Made by a program: the position numbers and the translations under genes. From Mizuhopecten yessoensis (Eukaryota): a stretch of 64,000 nucleotides of DNA. Below, one piece after another: positions 37,060 to 51,000 of the stretch. Each line of letters starts with the position of its first letter. Position 1 is the stretch's first letter. Under the pieces are notes generated by a model, which worked only from the letters and a program-made list of their open reading frames with translations, was not told the DNA's origin and did not search any database. The DNA lies in NCBI RefSeq assembly GCF_002113885.1, contig NW_018404308.1, positions 610,961-674,960 on the forward strand. Reading direction: 5' to 3'.

Positions 37060-40000
37060 TGTCTACATGTATCGGTGTATGATCAACACTAGCCAGATGA
37101 CAGGTTGTCTACACGTCTCTGTGTCTGATAAACAATAGCCCGTTGACAGGTTGGCTACATGTCTCTGTGTATGATCAACATTAGCCAGATGACAGGTCGT
37201 CTACATGTATCGGTGTATGATCAACACTAGCCCGGTGATAGGTTGTCTACATGTCTCTATGTATGATCAACACTAGCCCGTTGACAGGTCGTCTACCTGT
37301 CTCTGTGTATGATCAACACTAGCTCGTTGACAGGTTGTCTACATGTCTCCTGAGGGTCCTTCGCAAATCAGGTATCGGTGTCGACACTGTATACCCCCAA
37401 ACGTTTAGTACAGCGAAGTAGTTTTTCAAACATGCAGCTATCAAAACGTTTGACATGTAGACAACCTGTCAACGAGCTAGTGTTGATCATACACAGAGAC
37501 AGGTAGACGACCTGTCAACGGGCTAGTGTTGATCATACATAGAGACATGTAGACAACCTATCATCTCGCTAGAGTTGATTATACACAGAGTCATGTAGAC
37601 GACCTGCCATCTGGCTAGCGTGATCATACACAGAGACATGTAGACAGAGACATGTAGACAACCTGTCACATGTAGACAACCTATCATCTGGCTAGTGTTG
37701 TTCATACACAGAGACATGTAGCCAACCTGTCAACGGGCTATTGTTTATCAGACACAGAGACGTGTAGACAACCTGTCATCTGGCTAGGGTTGATCATACA
37801 GAGACATGTAGACGACCTGTCACCGGGCTAGTGTTGATCATACATAGAGACATGTAGCCAACCTGTCATCTTGCTAGTGTTGTTCGTACAGAGACATGTA
37901 TACAACCTGTCATCTGGCTAGTGTTGGTCTTCCACAGATACGTGTACACAACCTATCATCTGGCTAGTGTTGTTCATACACAGAGACATGTAGCCAACCT
38001 GTCAACGGGCTATTGTTTACCATACACAGAGACATGTAGACAACCCTGGCTAATGTTGGTCTTACACAGAAACATGTAGACAACCTATCATCTTGCTTGT
38101 GTTGATCATACACCGAGACATGTAGACAACCTGTCATCTGTCTAATGTTGATCATACAGAGACATGTAGACAACCGGTCATCTGGCTAGTGTTGATCATA
38201 CATAGAGACATGTAGACAACCTATCACCGGGCTAGTGTTGATCATACACCGATACATGTAGACGACCTGTCATCTGGCTAGTGTTGATCAGACAGAGACA
38301 TGTAGACAACCTGTCAACGGGCCATTGTTTATCATACACAGAGACGTGTAGAAAACCTGTCATCTGGCTAGTGTTGATCCTACACAGAGACATGTAGACA
38401 ACCTGGCATCTGGCTAGTGTTGATCATACACAGAGAAATGTAGCCAACCTGTCATCTTGCTAGTGTTGATCATACACAGAGACAGGTAGACGACCTGTCA
38501 ACGGGCTAGTGTTGATCATACATAGAGACATGTAGACAACCTATCATCTTGCTTGTGTTGATCATACACATAGACATGTAGACGACCTGTCATCTGGTTA
38601 GTGTTGATCATACACAGAGACATGTAGACGGCCTGTCACCGGGCTAGTGTTGATCATACATAGAGACATGTAGACAACCTATCACCGGGCTAGTGTTGAT
38701 CATACACCGATACATGTAGACAACCTGTCATCTGGCTAGGGTTGATCATACAGAGACATGTAGACAACCTTTCATCTGGCTAGTGTTGATCATACATAGA
38801 GACATGTAGACAACCTATCACCGGGCTAGTGTTGATCATACATAGAGACATGTAGCCAACCTGTCATCTTGCTAGTGTTGTTCGTACAGAGACATGTATA
38901 CAACCTGTCATCTGGCTAGTGTTGGTCTTACACAGAGACATGTACACACCCTATCATCTTGCTAGTGTTGATCATACAGAGACATGTAGACAACCGGTCA
39001 TCTGGCTAGTGTTGATCATACACAGACATGTAGACAACCTGTCAACGGTCTATTGTTTATCATTCACAGAGACGTGTAGACAACCTGTCATCTGGCTAGT
39101 CTATCATCTTGCTTGTGTTGATCATACACCGAGACATGTAGACAACCTGTCATCTGGCTAGTGTTGGTCTTACACAGATGCGTGTACACAACCTATCATC
39201 TGGCTAGTGTTGATAGGTTGTCTACATGTCTCTGTGTGAGACCAACATTAGCCAGATGACAGGTTGGCTACATGTCTCTGTGTATGATCAACAGTAGCCA
39301 GATGACAGGTCGTCTACATGTCTCTGTGTATGATCAACACAAGCAAGATGATAGGTTGTCTACATGTCTCTGTGTAAGACCAACATTAGCCAGATGATAG
39401 GTTGTCTACATGTCTCTGTGTATGATCAACATTAGCAAGATGATAGGTTGTCTACATGTCTCTATGTATGATCAACACTAGCAAGATTATAGGTTGTCTA
39501 CATGTCTCTGTGTAAGACCAACATTAGCCAGATTACAGGTTGTCTACATGTCTCTATGTATGATCAACACTAGCCCGGTGACAGGTTGTCTACATGTCTC
39601 TGTGTATGATCAACACTAGCCAGATGAAAGTTTGTCTACATGTCTCTGTGTATGATCAACACTAGCCAGATGATAGATTGTCTACATGGCTCTGTGTATG
39701 ATCAACACTAGCCAGATGACAGGTTGTCTACATGTCTCTATGTATGATCAACACTAGCAAGATTATAGGTTGTCTACATGTCTCTGTGTAAGACCAACAT
39801 TAGCCAGATTACAGGTTGTCTACATGTCACTATGTATGATCAACACTAGCCCGGTGACAGGTTGTCTACATGTCTCTATGTATGATCAACACTAGCCAGA
39901 TGACAGGTTGTCTACATGTATCGGTGTATGATCAACACTAGCCTGGTGACAGGTTGTCTACATGTCTCTATGTATGATCAACACGAGCCCGGTGACAGGT

Positions 40001-41200
40001 TGTCTACACGTCTCTGTGTATGATCAACACGAGCCCGGTGACAGGTTGTCTACACGTCTCTGTGTATGATCACCACTAGCCAGATGACAGGGCGCCTACA
40101 TGTCTGTGTATGATAAACAATAGCCCGTTGACAGGTTGTCTACTTGTCTCTGTGTATGATAGACACTAGCCAGATGATAGGTTGTCTACATGTCTCTGTG
40201 TATGATCAACACTAGCCAGATGAAAGTTTGTCTACATGTCTCTGTGTATGATCAACACTAGCCAGATGACAGGTTGTCTACATGTCTCTGTGTATGATCG
40301 ACACTAGCCAGATGATAGGTTGTCTACATGTCTCTACATGTCTCTGTGTATGATCAACACTAGCCAGATGATAGGTTGTCTACATGTATCGGTGTATGAT
40401 CAACACTAGCCAGATGATAGGTTGTCTACATGTCTCTGTGTATGATAAACAATAGCCAGATGACAGGTTGTCTACATGTCTCTGTGTATGATCCACACCA
40501 GCCAGATGACAGGTTGTCTACATGTATCGGTGTATCATCAACACTAGCCAGATGACAGGTTGTCTATACGTCTCTGTGTATGATAAACAATAGCCCGTTG
40601 GCAGGTTGTCTACATGTCTCTGTATGATCAACATTAGCCAGATGACAGGTTGTCTACATGTCTCTGTGTAAGACCAACATTAGCCAGATTACAGGTTGTC
40701 TACATGTCTCTATGTATGATAAACAATAGCCCGTTGACAGGTTGGCTACATTTCTCTGTGTATGATCAACACTAGCCAGATGCTAGGTTGTCTACATGTC
40801 TCTGTGTATGATCAAAACTAGCCCGGTGACAGGTTGTCTACATGTCTCTGCGTATGATCAACACTAGCCCGGTGACAGGTTGTATACATGTCTCTGTGTA
40901 TGATCAACACTAGTCCGGAGACAGGTTGTCTACATGTCTCTGTGTATGATCCACCCTAGCCAGATGACAGGTTGTCTACATGTCTCTGCGTATGATCAAC
41001 ACTAGCCCGGTGACAGGTTGTCTACATGTCTCTGTGTTTGATCAACACTAGCCAGATGCCAGGTTGGCTACATGTCTCTGTGTATGATCAACACTAGCCA
41101 GATGATAGGCTGTCTACACGTATCTGTGTAAGACCAACACTAGCCAGATGACAGGTTGTCTACATGTCTCTGTATGGTCAACACTAGCCAGATGACATGT
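37060..41200. repeat. 46-bp minisatellite array with internal inversion (forward 37060-37349, reverse 37452-39214, forward 39211-41200)
   Basis: Unit tgtctacatgtctctgtgtatgatcaacactagccagatgacaggt. Confidence 0.97.
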
Positions 41201-42746
41201 TGTTTTTAAGTTCTATTTGTATACAAGACATCAAAATATTTCAGGATTATTCAGAATATGAAGGGGTTTTGAAAGCTGTATGTGCCATGTGCACATTGAC
41301 AGAATGTGGTGTCTGTGCCTTATTTACTAAGTGTTAATGCTATAGAGCTGTCTTGGCCATGTACGCAGAACTTTTAAGTGTGTGAAGTGGTGCCATGTTG
41401 ACAGATTGATAACGGTATTTATTTATCTGTGAATATCGTTTTAACATTTTAACAAAAAGATGGGTTCTTTTTTATTTTTTGCCATTTGATACATAAAAAG
41501 TATGTTTTTCTAGTATCAAAGAACTTCTGAAAATTCCTTCATAAGCATCAGTGAACTAAGAGTCTAACACGAAGTGCTAAACTTATATTTTAAAAAAAAT
41601 CATTAGTTTCAGCTTAGGGTTCCATTTACCATTCCATTTAGGTAAATAGCAATCACCTGGCATATGACTCGTTTCATTTGCAATAAGGTATGGTAATGGA
41701 TATATATACACACTCCAGACCCAAATCATTTTTAGAACTCTTCGATTTGAAAAAAGACTTGCCGCAAAGAGACTTTGGGCTGCTGATAACCTAACCGATC
41801 GTTGGGACTGCTTCTTTCAAAATAGAACGAGATTGCTCATATGATGTCAGTTTTCTACATGCTCATGACTATATATTTTATGCTTTACAATAAGAAATGC
41901 ATGCCAATACCGAAAACTAGCGTCAGATTTCAAACATTTTTAGTGCATAATCATTGTTTGCTATTTTCTGACAATTCATCAAAGATTCAAAGAGACTTTT
42001 GAAGAAAACTGTCGGCGAGTCAGTCTAAAGAATGGATCGGATTACCTCAAATCGATATTGTTAGTCGTAAGAGAAATCATTCATGTGGATTTAAGTGAAT
42101 TAAACAATTACAGTGTACCTAATAAGTGTTTGTTTTCTTTTAACTTGTGTTGAATGAACTGTTCATATCATACAAACTGCATGCAACATTATGGGATAGC
42201 ATGGCGTCTGTCGTTTTCTTAGAGTGAATCGTTCTCAAGACACATGAGGTAATTAAGAGTTTGAAATATGGTGTGTAGTTTGTTCAGGTCGGTGGCTATG
42301 AAGTTTGTTTAAATGAATGACCTTGACACCCACTTTCTACGTAAAGGGGTTCAAATATGTCGAAAACTGAAAATGACTTCTTTTAAAGAACCATGAAGCC
42401 TAGAGTCGTTATATTTGGCATATATATGTAGCTTGCTTGCCTAAAGTTGTTTAAAAAACGACAAAGTATTGTGAGGAACCTATGCCCGTCACCTCTAGAA
42501 TGACATAATTTTTAACAATGAATGAAGAATAATAAGTATATAGTGGGGTTCAACACCAGATTTCACTCAATCTTCCCAAAAGTTGTTCGCATACTAATGT
42601 TAATGGTTCAAATGTACAACAAACAACAGGTAAAGAAATGTTTAATAATGATTTAATTTAACTAAACAATTACATTAATTAATGTTACAGAACACTGTTA
42701 TATGAGGTTAGTTTTAAAACGTCAGTGCAATTAGTTACTGCTACAT

Positions 42747-42878
42747 TTAAGGAATGTTTTTTTTTTATATTTTGGTTGGGCTATGAGATGACTAAGTCCA
42801 GATAAGCACGTGTCAATTAAATGAATGAAGTGGAGTTATCACCTCATATCCTGACCAAAATAGAAAACTATTCCTTAT
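42747..42878. mobile_element. Palindromic fold-back element (possibly Crypton-like non-autonomous)
   Basis: taaggaat...tattttggttgggctatgagatga / tcacctcatatcctgaccaaaata...attcctta arms. Confidence 0.55.
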
Positions 42879-43717
42879 ATTTACAATATATTTTTGTGAA
42901 TCGTATATAACTATATTATACATTACATTAGTCTGATCAACGGAAGCAAATTTCATTTTCGAAACATTTTACATGTAATAAATGATCGGTTCAATATAAG
43001 TAACGGCCTGAAATTTGCATAGGCCTTGGTTAACTCTGCCCACACCTGCTGTTGATCAAGTAACACAGGTGTGTCTGGTTTGCGGAAAAACTTGCATATC
43101 TCTGCCCACATGTATTGTGGCGTCATGGAAACTCATCACGTTCTATTATAACGTTATAATTCCAGTTTCCAGGAACATAGGTTCTTGAGTGAATGACGTT
43201 ATAACAGTAAAAATGTATATACTGCTACATCTAGATATATTGTGGTCAGTAACAACTAAACATTGTCACATAAAGGTAAATCATTAACAGAGATTAAAAA
43301 CGGAGTCATTACCATTCAATATTTGTGGTATTCAGAGAAAACTTGATTTCAATTAAAAAACTCTGTTCCTTCATGTCAGCCAATAATGTGCAGAACAGTT
43401 CAAAGTTAGGAATGACTTGGATGTCAGTATTACCCCATTTATTATAATCAGAAGAAAGGAAAAACTGCAATTTCATCCTTTATTTCTGTCGCACTTATGG
43501 AGTCATGCAAAGTTTAGTTCATGTGCAGGCATATTTACCAAAGGATACATCTTCAAACTCAATACAAAAATACCTTTTATTTCTTTGAGGAAATATTTTC
43601 AAATTCAGTTTTTACGAGTTCCACAATTTCGTTTTAGATCTAATTAAATCATAGTTTATCCCCCCCCCCAAAAGTATTTTTTTCCACTTTTCAAATTTCT
43701 TACAATATAAGACTTAC

Positions 43718-44701
43718 GGATGTACACCTCTGAGAAGTCAAAAATTTCCTGTATTAAACTTTTTTTCTTATATGGATTTTTGGAAAAAAGAGTTAATGGC
43801 ATAGTAGAAAATGCAAAAAAAACAACTATATGTCAGTGTATTCGTTTTTGTGCTATGATCGGTCAAAGATATCAATTTAACACAACATGTGATTTTACGT
43901 GATTTTTTGGGTTTTGACCATTTGCAGAACAAATTCATACAATTTCTTCCAAGTGTGTTATCAGATATGTATGAATGTTTGTAGAATTGATGAAAATATT
44001 ATTTTCTTTTAATTTATGGAAGTAAAATTTCTTTATCTTATGCTTTTAACTCAGAAAGCCGATTTTAGTTACCCCTACCCCCTATTTTTTAATGAAAAAA
44101 TACTCATTTTTTACATTTTTTTTGCAGATTAAACGCTTGATAGAAATAGTTCTGGTATTAAACTTTTTTTAATATTTAATGAATGAAATAAAACATCTAC
44201 AAAATTGGGGGGCAGTGTGCTTCTTTTTTTTGTCCCATTATCATTTGTTACCTTTTTACCTTTTTCGGGGTCAAAAATTAAAAGTGCTTCAGTAACACTA
44301 AATACGTAAAAAAATATCAATAATGTATAATTTTCCAGTTTCTTGCATATTATTTTTATCATATTGAACATTATAAAGTTGTACAGCTGCTACAATTAAA
44401 ATGGCGACACAATGACAACTTAAGTGATCAATCTAGTGTCAAAAAAGGTGAAATTTTGGCCTTTTTTGAAGCGCAAGAAATACACATTAATACACATTTT
44501 CAAAATGGCCGCCGAATTGGTATTTTTTTAAAATCCTTGTAAAAAATGTTCTACAAACAACAGGCATCTAGTTTTTTGACATATTTTTCTGGTGCGTGTT
44601 TGCTAATAAACTTGATCGTAATTTGTTAAATATTACAAAAGCTCATTACACCAGATCAAAACGAGACTTGAACGTGATTGAAACCTCAGAAGAGTACATC
44701 C
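43718..44701. mobile_element. Non-autonomous DNA transposon, Kolobok-like (TTAA-type target)
   Basis: ttac-ggatgtacacctctgag ... ctcagaagagtacatcc-ttaa terminal inverted repeats. Confidence 0.65.
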
Positions 44702-45015
44702 TTAATTCGGTTTGCTCCTTCATATTGTGATATTAATGCTGTGTGTTAAGAAACATTTGTAGTTATGACGATTTCTCGTAAATATATATACAGACATCAA
44801 AACCAATCTTATAAATTGTAAATCAAGTTTAAGTAACATGATAATAATATTCACAATATTTATATTTTTCCTTGTCTTGATAAAATATAAGTCAATGACT
44901 GTATCAACATAAATGTACTGGTACATACAATAAATATAAACAACAAACAAATAAATACGATCTTGCGTTATACTCTAGCTGTTCCCGTTCCAGAAAAAAA
45001 AATGTTCGGTAGAGT

Positions 45016-45065
45016 TCAAAGTTCACCTGCCTTGGCCTTTCGACCTGGTAAGAATGTGGACTTGC
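45016..45065 (-). CDS. NKIRAS: NKIRAS coding exon 7
   Basis: [16 protein letters not shown]; strong polypyrimidine acceptor. Confidence 0.85.
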
Positions 45066-48000
45066 CTGAAGAAGAAAAAAAGAAAAATAGTTATAGATAT
45101 TGTGTACGAATTTCTTGTAGGATGTTATGTTTATCAACACAATTTGGTCTTTACCACCAACATAGACATTGTTAAAAGTGCATTCAAAAATAATCTACTT
45201 CACACATGTTGTACCTTGACATGTGTAAATACACAGCTGATAAACAACGTAATTATGTTATTAATTTGTTTAAGGTGATCCTTAAAAAAAGGTTGTTTGC
45301 TGTTTCCGGACTAACTCACTAAAAACGTCACCTTCTCAAACCTTGATTTGGAGCTTTCCGTAAATATTTTTTTCCTTTATGAAAAATTACTTACTTTAGG
45401 GTTTTTAGATAGAAACAAATCTCAACCTACCTACCAACTAAAAAAGAGTGAGGTAAGAAACTGCAAACAAACATTTTTCAATGATAGTCTAAACAGTATT
45501 TTACCAGTCAGAAGCAGCCTCGCATATATATAAAATAAAAAAAGGTTTCCAAAATATGACAACTTTAAATTTGTATCACCATATAATTATATTTCCACTG
45601 GAAGCCTTATGTAAACACAAGAAATGTTAATTTACAGAGCTATGAATGCAACTGGATAAATGTCACCGTGATGCTTCTCCTCCTTCGAATAATGTAAGCC
45701 CATTGTAAGAAGCAAAAAAATAAGGTGTCATTACTTATAATACAGAAACTTTAATACTGCAAATATTAGGGAATATGAATTATACATTATGAATGAAAAT
45801 GTTAAGGGTGACCTTTTTTTTCAATTTTCATGCCAGGAGGAGTACAAGACAGTTTTATACACATTGACTTCGAAGTCCAACTTGTTTGAAAACTGAGAAA
45901 ATAAATGTTTTTCAATTGCTATGTTGTGTATGTGGTGTTGTTTTATAATAAACTCAATACGAACTTCTAAACTGATTACTTGTTGATTGCCAAGAAAAGA
46001 TAATATGTTGTAATTAAATCTTAAATTGACACTTAAGTACATATAGATTATCAAGCATAGAGAAAAGTGGGACTTACTCTGAGGTTGCGTTATCTTTGAT
46101 GTTAACCAAACAAACGGTTCAATTAGTGACTGTCTGCTCTTGACAGACGCCTCCCACAGACGGACTGTAAAATAATGATAGGTAAACAATCAATCAGGTA
46201 ATCCTTCAACCAGGTAACCCAATCCTGTAAATAAACAAAGCAGGTAGCCAAACAAATTAGGTAACTATACAAATCCATCAGGTAACACACCCAGTCAATC
46301 AGGTGGTACACTAATCAATCAGATAACCCAAACCAATCAATCAGATAACCCAAACCAATCAATCCGGTAACCCAACCCAATCAATCAGATAACCCAAACC
46401 AATCAATCGGATAGCCCAAACCAATCAATCCGGTAACCCAACCCAATCAATCAGATAATCGAAACCAATCAATCGGATAACCCAACCCAATCAATCAGAT
46501 AACCAAAACCAATCAATTAGATAACCCAAACCTGTCAATCCGGTAACCCAAACCAATCAATCCGGTAACCCAACACAATCAATCAGATAACCCAAACCAA
46601 TCAATCCGGTAACCCAACACAATCAATCCGGTAACCCAACCCAATCAATCCGGTAACCCAAACCAATCAATCCGGTAACCCAAACCAATCAATCAGATAA
46701 CCCAAACCAATCAATCCGGTAACCCAAACCAATCAATCCGGTAACCCAAACCAATCAATCCGGTAACCCAAACCAATCAATCCGGTAACCCAAACCAATC
46801 AATCCGGTAACCCAAACCAATCAATCCGGTAACCCAAACCAATCAATCCGGTAACCCAAACCAATCAATCCGGTAACCCAAACCAATCAATCCGGTAACC
46901 CAAACCAATCAATCCGGTAACCCAAACCAATCAATCCGGTAACCCAAACCAATCAATCAGATAACCCAAACCAATCAATCCGGTAACCCAAACCAATCAA
47001 TCCGGTAACCCAAACCAATCAATCCGGTAACCCAAACCAATCAATCCGGTAACCCAAACCAATCAATCAGATAACCCAAACCAATCAATCCGGTAACCCA
47101 AACCAATCAATCAGGTAACCCAAACCAATCAATCAGGTAACCCAAACCAATCAATCCGGTAACCCAAACCAATCAATCAGATAACCCAAACCAATCAATT
47201 AGATAACCCAAACCAATCAATTAGGTAACCCAAACCAATCAATCAGGTAACCCAAACCAATCAATCAGATAACCCAAACCAATCAATTAGATAACCCAAA
47301 CCAATCAATTAGATAACCCAAACCAATCAATCAGGTAACCCAAACCAATCAATCAGATAACCCAAACCAATCAATTAGATAACCCAAACCAATCAATTAG
47401 ATAACCCAAACCAATCAATCCGGTAACCCAAACCAATCAATCAGATAACCCAAACCAATCAATCAGATAACCCAAACCAATCAATTAGATAACCCAAACC
47501 AATCAATCCGGTAACCCAAACCAATCAATCAGGTAACCCAAACCAATCAATCAGATAACCCAAACCAATCAGTTAGATAACCCAAACCAATCAATTAGAT
47601 AACCCAAACCAATCAATTAGATTACCCAAACCAATCAATCAGGTAACCCAAACGAATCAATCAGATAACCCAAACCAATCAATCCGGTAACCCAAACCAA
47701 TCAATCAGATAACCCAAACCAATCAATCAGGTAACCCAAACGAATCAATCAGATAACCCAAACCATTCAATCAGATAACCCACACCAATCAATCAGATAA
47801 CCCAAACCAATCAATTAGATAACCCAAACCAATCAATCAGGTAACCCAAACCAATCAATCACCAATCAATCAGATAACCCAAACAGTATTCAGTTTGTTG
47901 TAGAGTTTTGAGCCAATGGTAATGGTCGTTTAATTTCTACATGGATGTTATATGTTCTATCAATACCGATAGCTTCTGAGTTATATTTACTATCAGAAAA

Positions 48001-51000
48001 ACTTCAAAGTTTTAGTTATAGAGAGATATCATTCGTTTCAGCAGAGTATTCGCCGTATGTGTAGGAAGGACATATTTCAGAGAGAGTAGATACAGATAAG
48101 TTACTCGTTTACAGTAATATATTTACTTTATTTTGAAAAGATTACTTTGTAAGAAAAGCTAACAAAATTTCTTTCACTAATTAATCTTATATGATACTAA
48201 CAGTACCTTTCTCTCTGTTAGCCCACATTAACAGTACCTTTCTCTCTGTTAGCCCACATTAACAGTACCTTTCTCTCTGTTAGCCCACATTAACAATACA
48301 TTTCTCTCTGTTAGCCAACATTAACAGTACCTTTCTCTCTGTTAGCCCACATTAACAGTACATTTCTCTCTGTTAGCCAACATTAACAGTACCTTTCTCT
48401 CTGTCAGCCCACATCTGTGCTGTATTAATCTTATATGATACTAACAGTACCTTTCTCTCTAGATCTGTTAGCCCACATCTGTGCTGTATTAATCTTATAT
48501 GATACTAACAGTACATTTCTCTCTGTTAGCCCACATCTGTGCTGTATTTATCTTATATGATACTAACAGTACCTTTCTCTCTGTTAGCCCACATTAACAG
48601 TACCTTTCTCTTTGTTAGCCCACATTAACAGTACCTTTCTCTCTGTTAGCCCACGTCTGTGCTGTATTAAAATCCACTTGACGACTTTCTTGCTCCTCAC
48701 TTTTGTTTCCAATGGCAATAATATGTATCTGAAACAATCAATACTGGTTTTTTACTGCTGCTAACACACATGTTGTTTCACCTGTAAACCGTATTCTATT
48801 TGGCCGTCAATCACTCTTCACAGCAGTCAAAAGCGTAACAGTGCTCATACATAAACAGTAATAAACATTTAGGCAGATAAAATGCCATCTTCAGGGATCA
48901 ACTTAGACCAACAAACCACCTGGTCTAATTCTATTAATTAATCATTTACAAATGATACTGATATTTAATCCGTATAAAGTTGGTTTATTATGCACTGACA
49001 GATACCATTTTACAGTGGGTTTTTTACCTAAATTTTACAACAGCATGTTCCTTTTTGAATTGGAAAAATATAGCATTATTTTTATTGACATTGGGAATAT
49101 ATTCCTCATTTTTGGTCTATTTGGGAAAATAAGGCACTTTTTAGCTAGGGGAAACAGCCTGTCTCCGGGTGTAAAACTGAGACAAAAAATCACTGTTACA
49201 TGATAACATATTCCATTTTTTACTTCTATTAGAGCAACTTAAAGCTGGAGCTGCTGTAACCTAATTAATCTGACACGACACAAATTACATCCTGTATTTA
49301 TTAATTATGTGTTAGAGTGTTTACTTGTTTACCTTGGACAGATTAAAGTATGTATGGTGTTTATAATCTACAGAAACTCATCAATAAAGACAACATTTTG
49401 GAAACTAAAGGATGTGAGCATGGCTCCTGCTGGATCACAGGGGAAGTTCTATTTAAGTAACATTTCACTTTAATATTTTTGAAATAGTGACTTCGATGAT
49501 TGACAATGCTCAATCACCCTCATATTTAAAACTGGCCAAGATATATTCAAGGCATACATACCCATGGAATGACACCAAGTCTGTCAAATAATATGGTCGA
49601 TAACGTGATGACAGTATGTGATAGACAGAAGGACAGACAGGACAAAAACATAACAGCCTCGCTCTAAATAGCAGAAACATGTTCCTTATATACAATCCCT
49701 TCCAGATATCTTACCTCTCTCTTCTCTCTGTTTTTATCAATGTCCTTTTTAAGTTTTTCTAGTTTTTGAAATGAATCCCAGTTTGTCACATCATACACCA
49801 GAACAAATCCCTGTGGAAACAAACATATTAATGTAAACTATAGCATGAGTACAGAGATACTACCTCATTAGTATGGATTCTTAGGTTTTACTGGTATATA
49901 AGACTGTATGGAGTTATATACATAATTGTCCTTAATAATAGTAAGACTGTATGGAGAGTTACATAATTGTCCTTTAATTGTCCTTAATAATAGAAAGACT
50001 GTATGGAGAGTTACATAATTGTCCTTAATAATAAGACTGTATGGAGAGTTACATAATTGTCCTAAATAATAGTAAGACTGTATGGAGAGTTACATAACCC
50101 CCTTAATAATAGTAAGACTGTATGGAAAGTTACATAATTGTCCTTAATAATAGTAGGACTGTATGGAGAGTTACATAATTGTCCTAAATAATAGTAAGAC
50201 TGTATGGAGTTACATAATTGTCCTTAATAATAAGACTGTATGGAGAGTTACATAACCCCCTTAATAATAGTAAGACTGTATGGAAAGTTACATAATTGTC
50301 CTTAATAATAGTAGGACTGTATGGAGAGTTACATAATTGTCCTTGATAATAGTAAGACTGTATGGAGAGTTACATAACCCCCTTAATAATAGTAAGACTG
50401 TATGGAGAGTTACATAATTGTCCTTGATAATAGTAAGACTGTATGGAGAGTTACATAACCCCCTTAATAATAGTAAGACTGTATGGAAAGTTACATAATT
50501 GTCCTTAATAATAGTAGGACTGTATGGAGAGTTACATAATTGTCCTAAATAATAGTAAGACTGTATGGAGAGGTACATAATTGTACTTAATAATAGTAAG
50601 ACTGTATGGAAAGTTACATAATTGTCCTTAATAATAGAAAGACTGTATGGAGAGTTACATAATTGTCCTTGATAATAGTAAGACTGTATGGAGAGTTACA
50701 TAATTGTCCCTAATAATAGTAAGACTGTATGGAGAGCTACATAATTGTCCTTTAATTGTCCTTAATAATAGAAAGACTGTATGGAGAGTTACATAATTGT
50801 CCTTAATAATAAGACTGTATGGAGAGTTACATAACCCCCTTAATAATAGTAAGACTGTATGGAAAGTTACATAATTGTCCTTAATAATAGTAGGACTGTA
50901 TGGAGAGTTACATAATTGTCCTAAATAATAGTAAGACTGTATGGAGAGGTACATAATTGTACTTAATAATAGTAAGACTGTATGGAAAGTTACATAATTG

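Noticed and set aside
45821-46077. Read-through C-terminus for NKIRAS from ORF 45821-46189
   Set aside because: A gtaagt donor at 46077 and a downstream exon giving the conserved SKS.F tail fit better.
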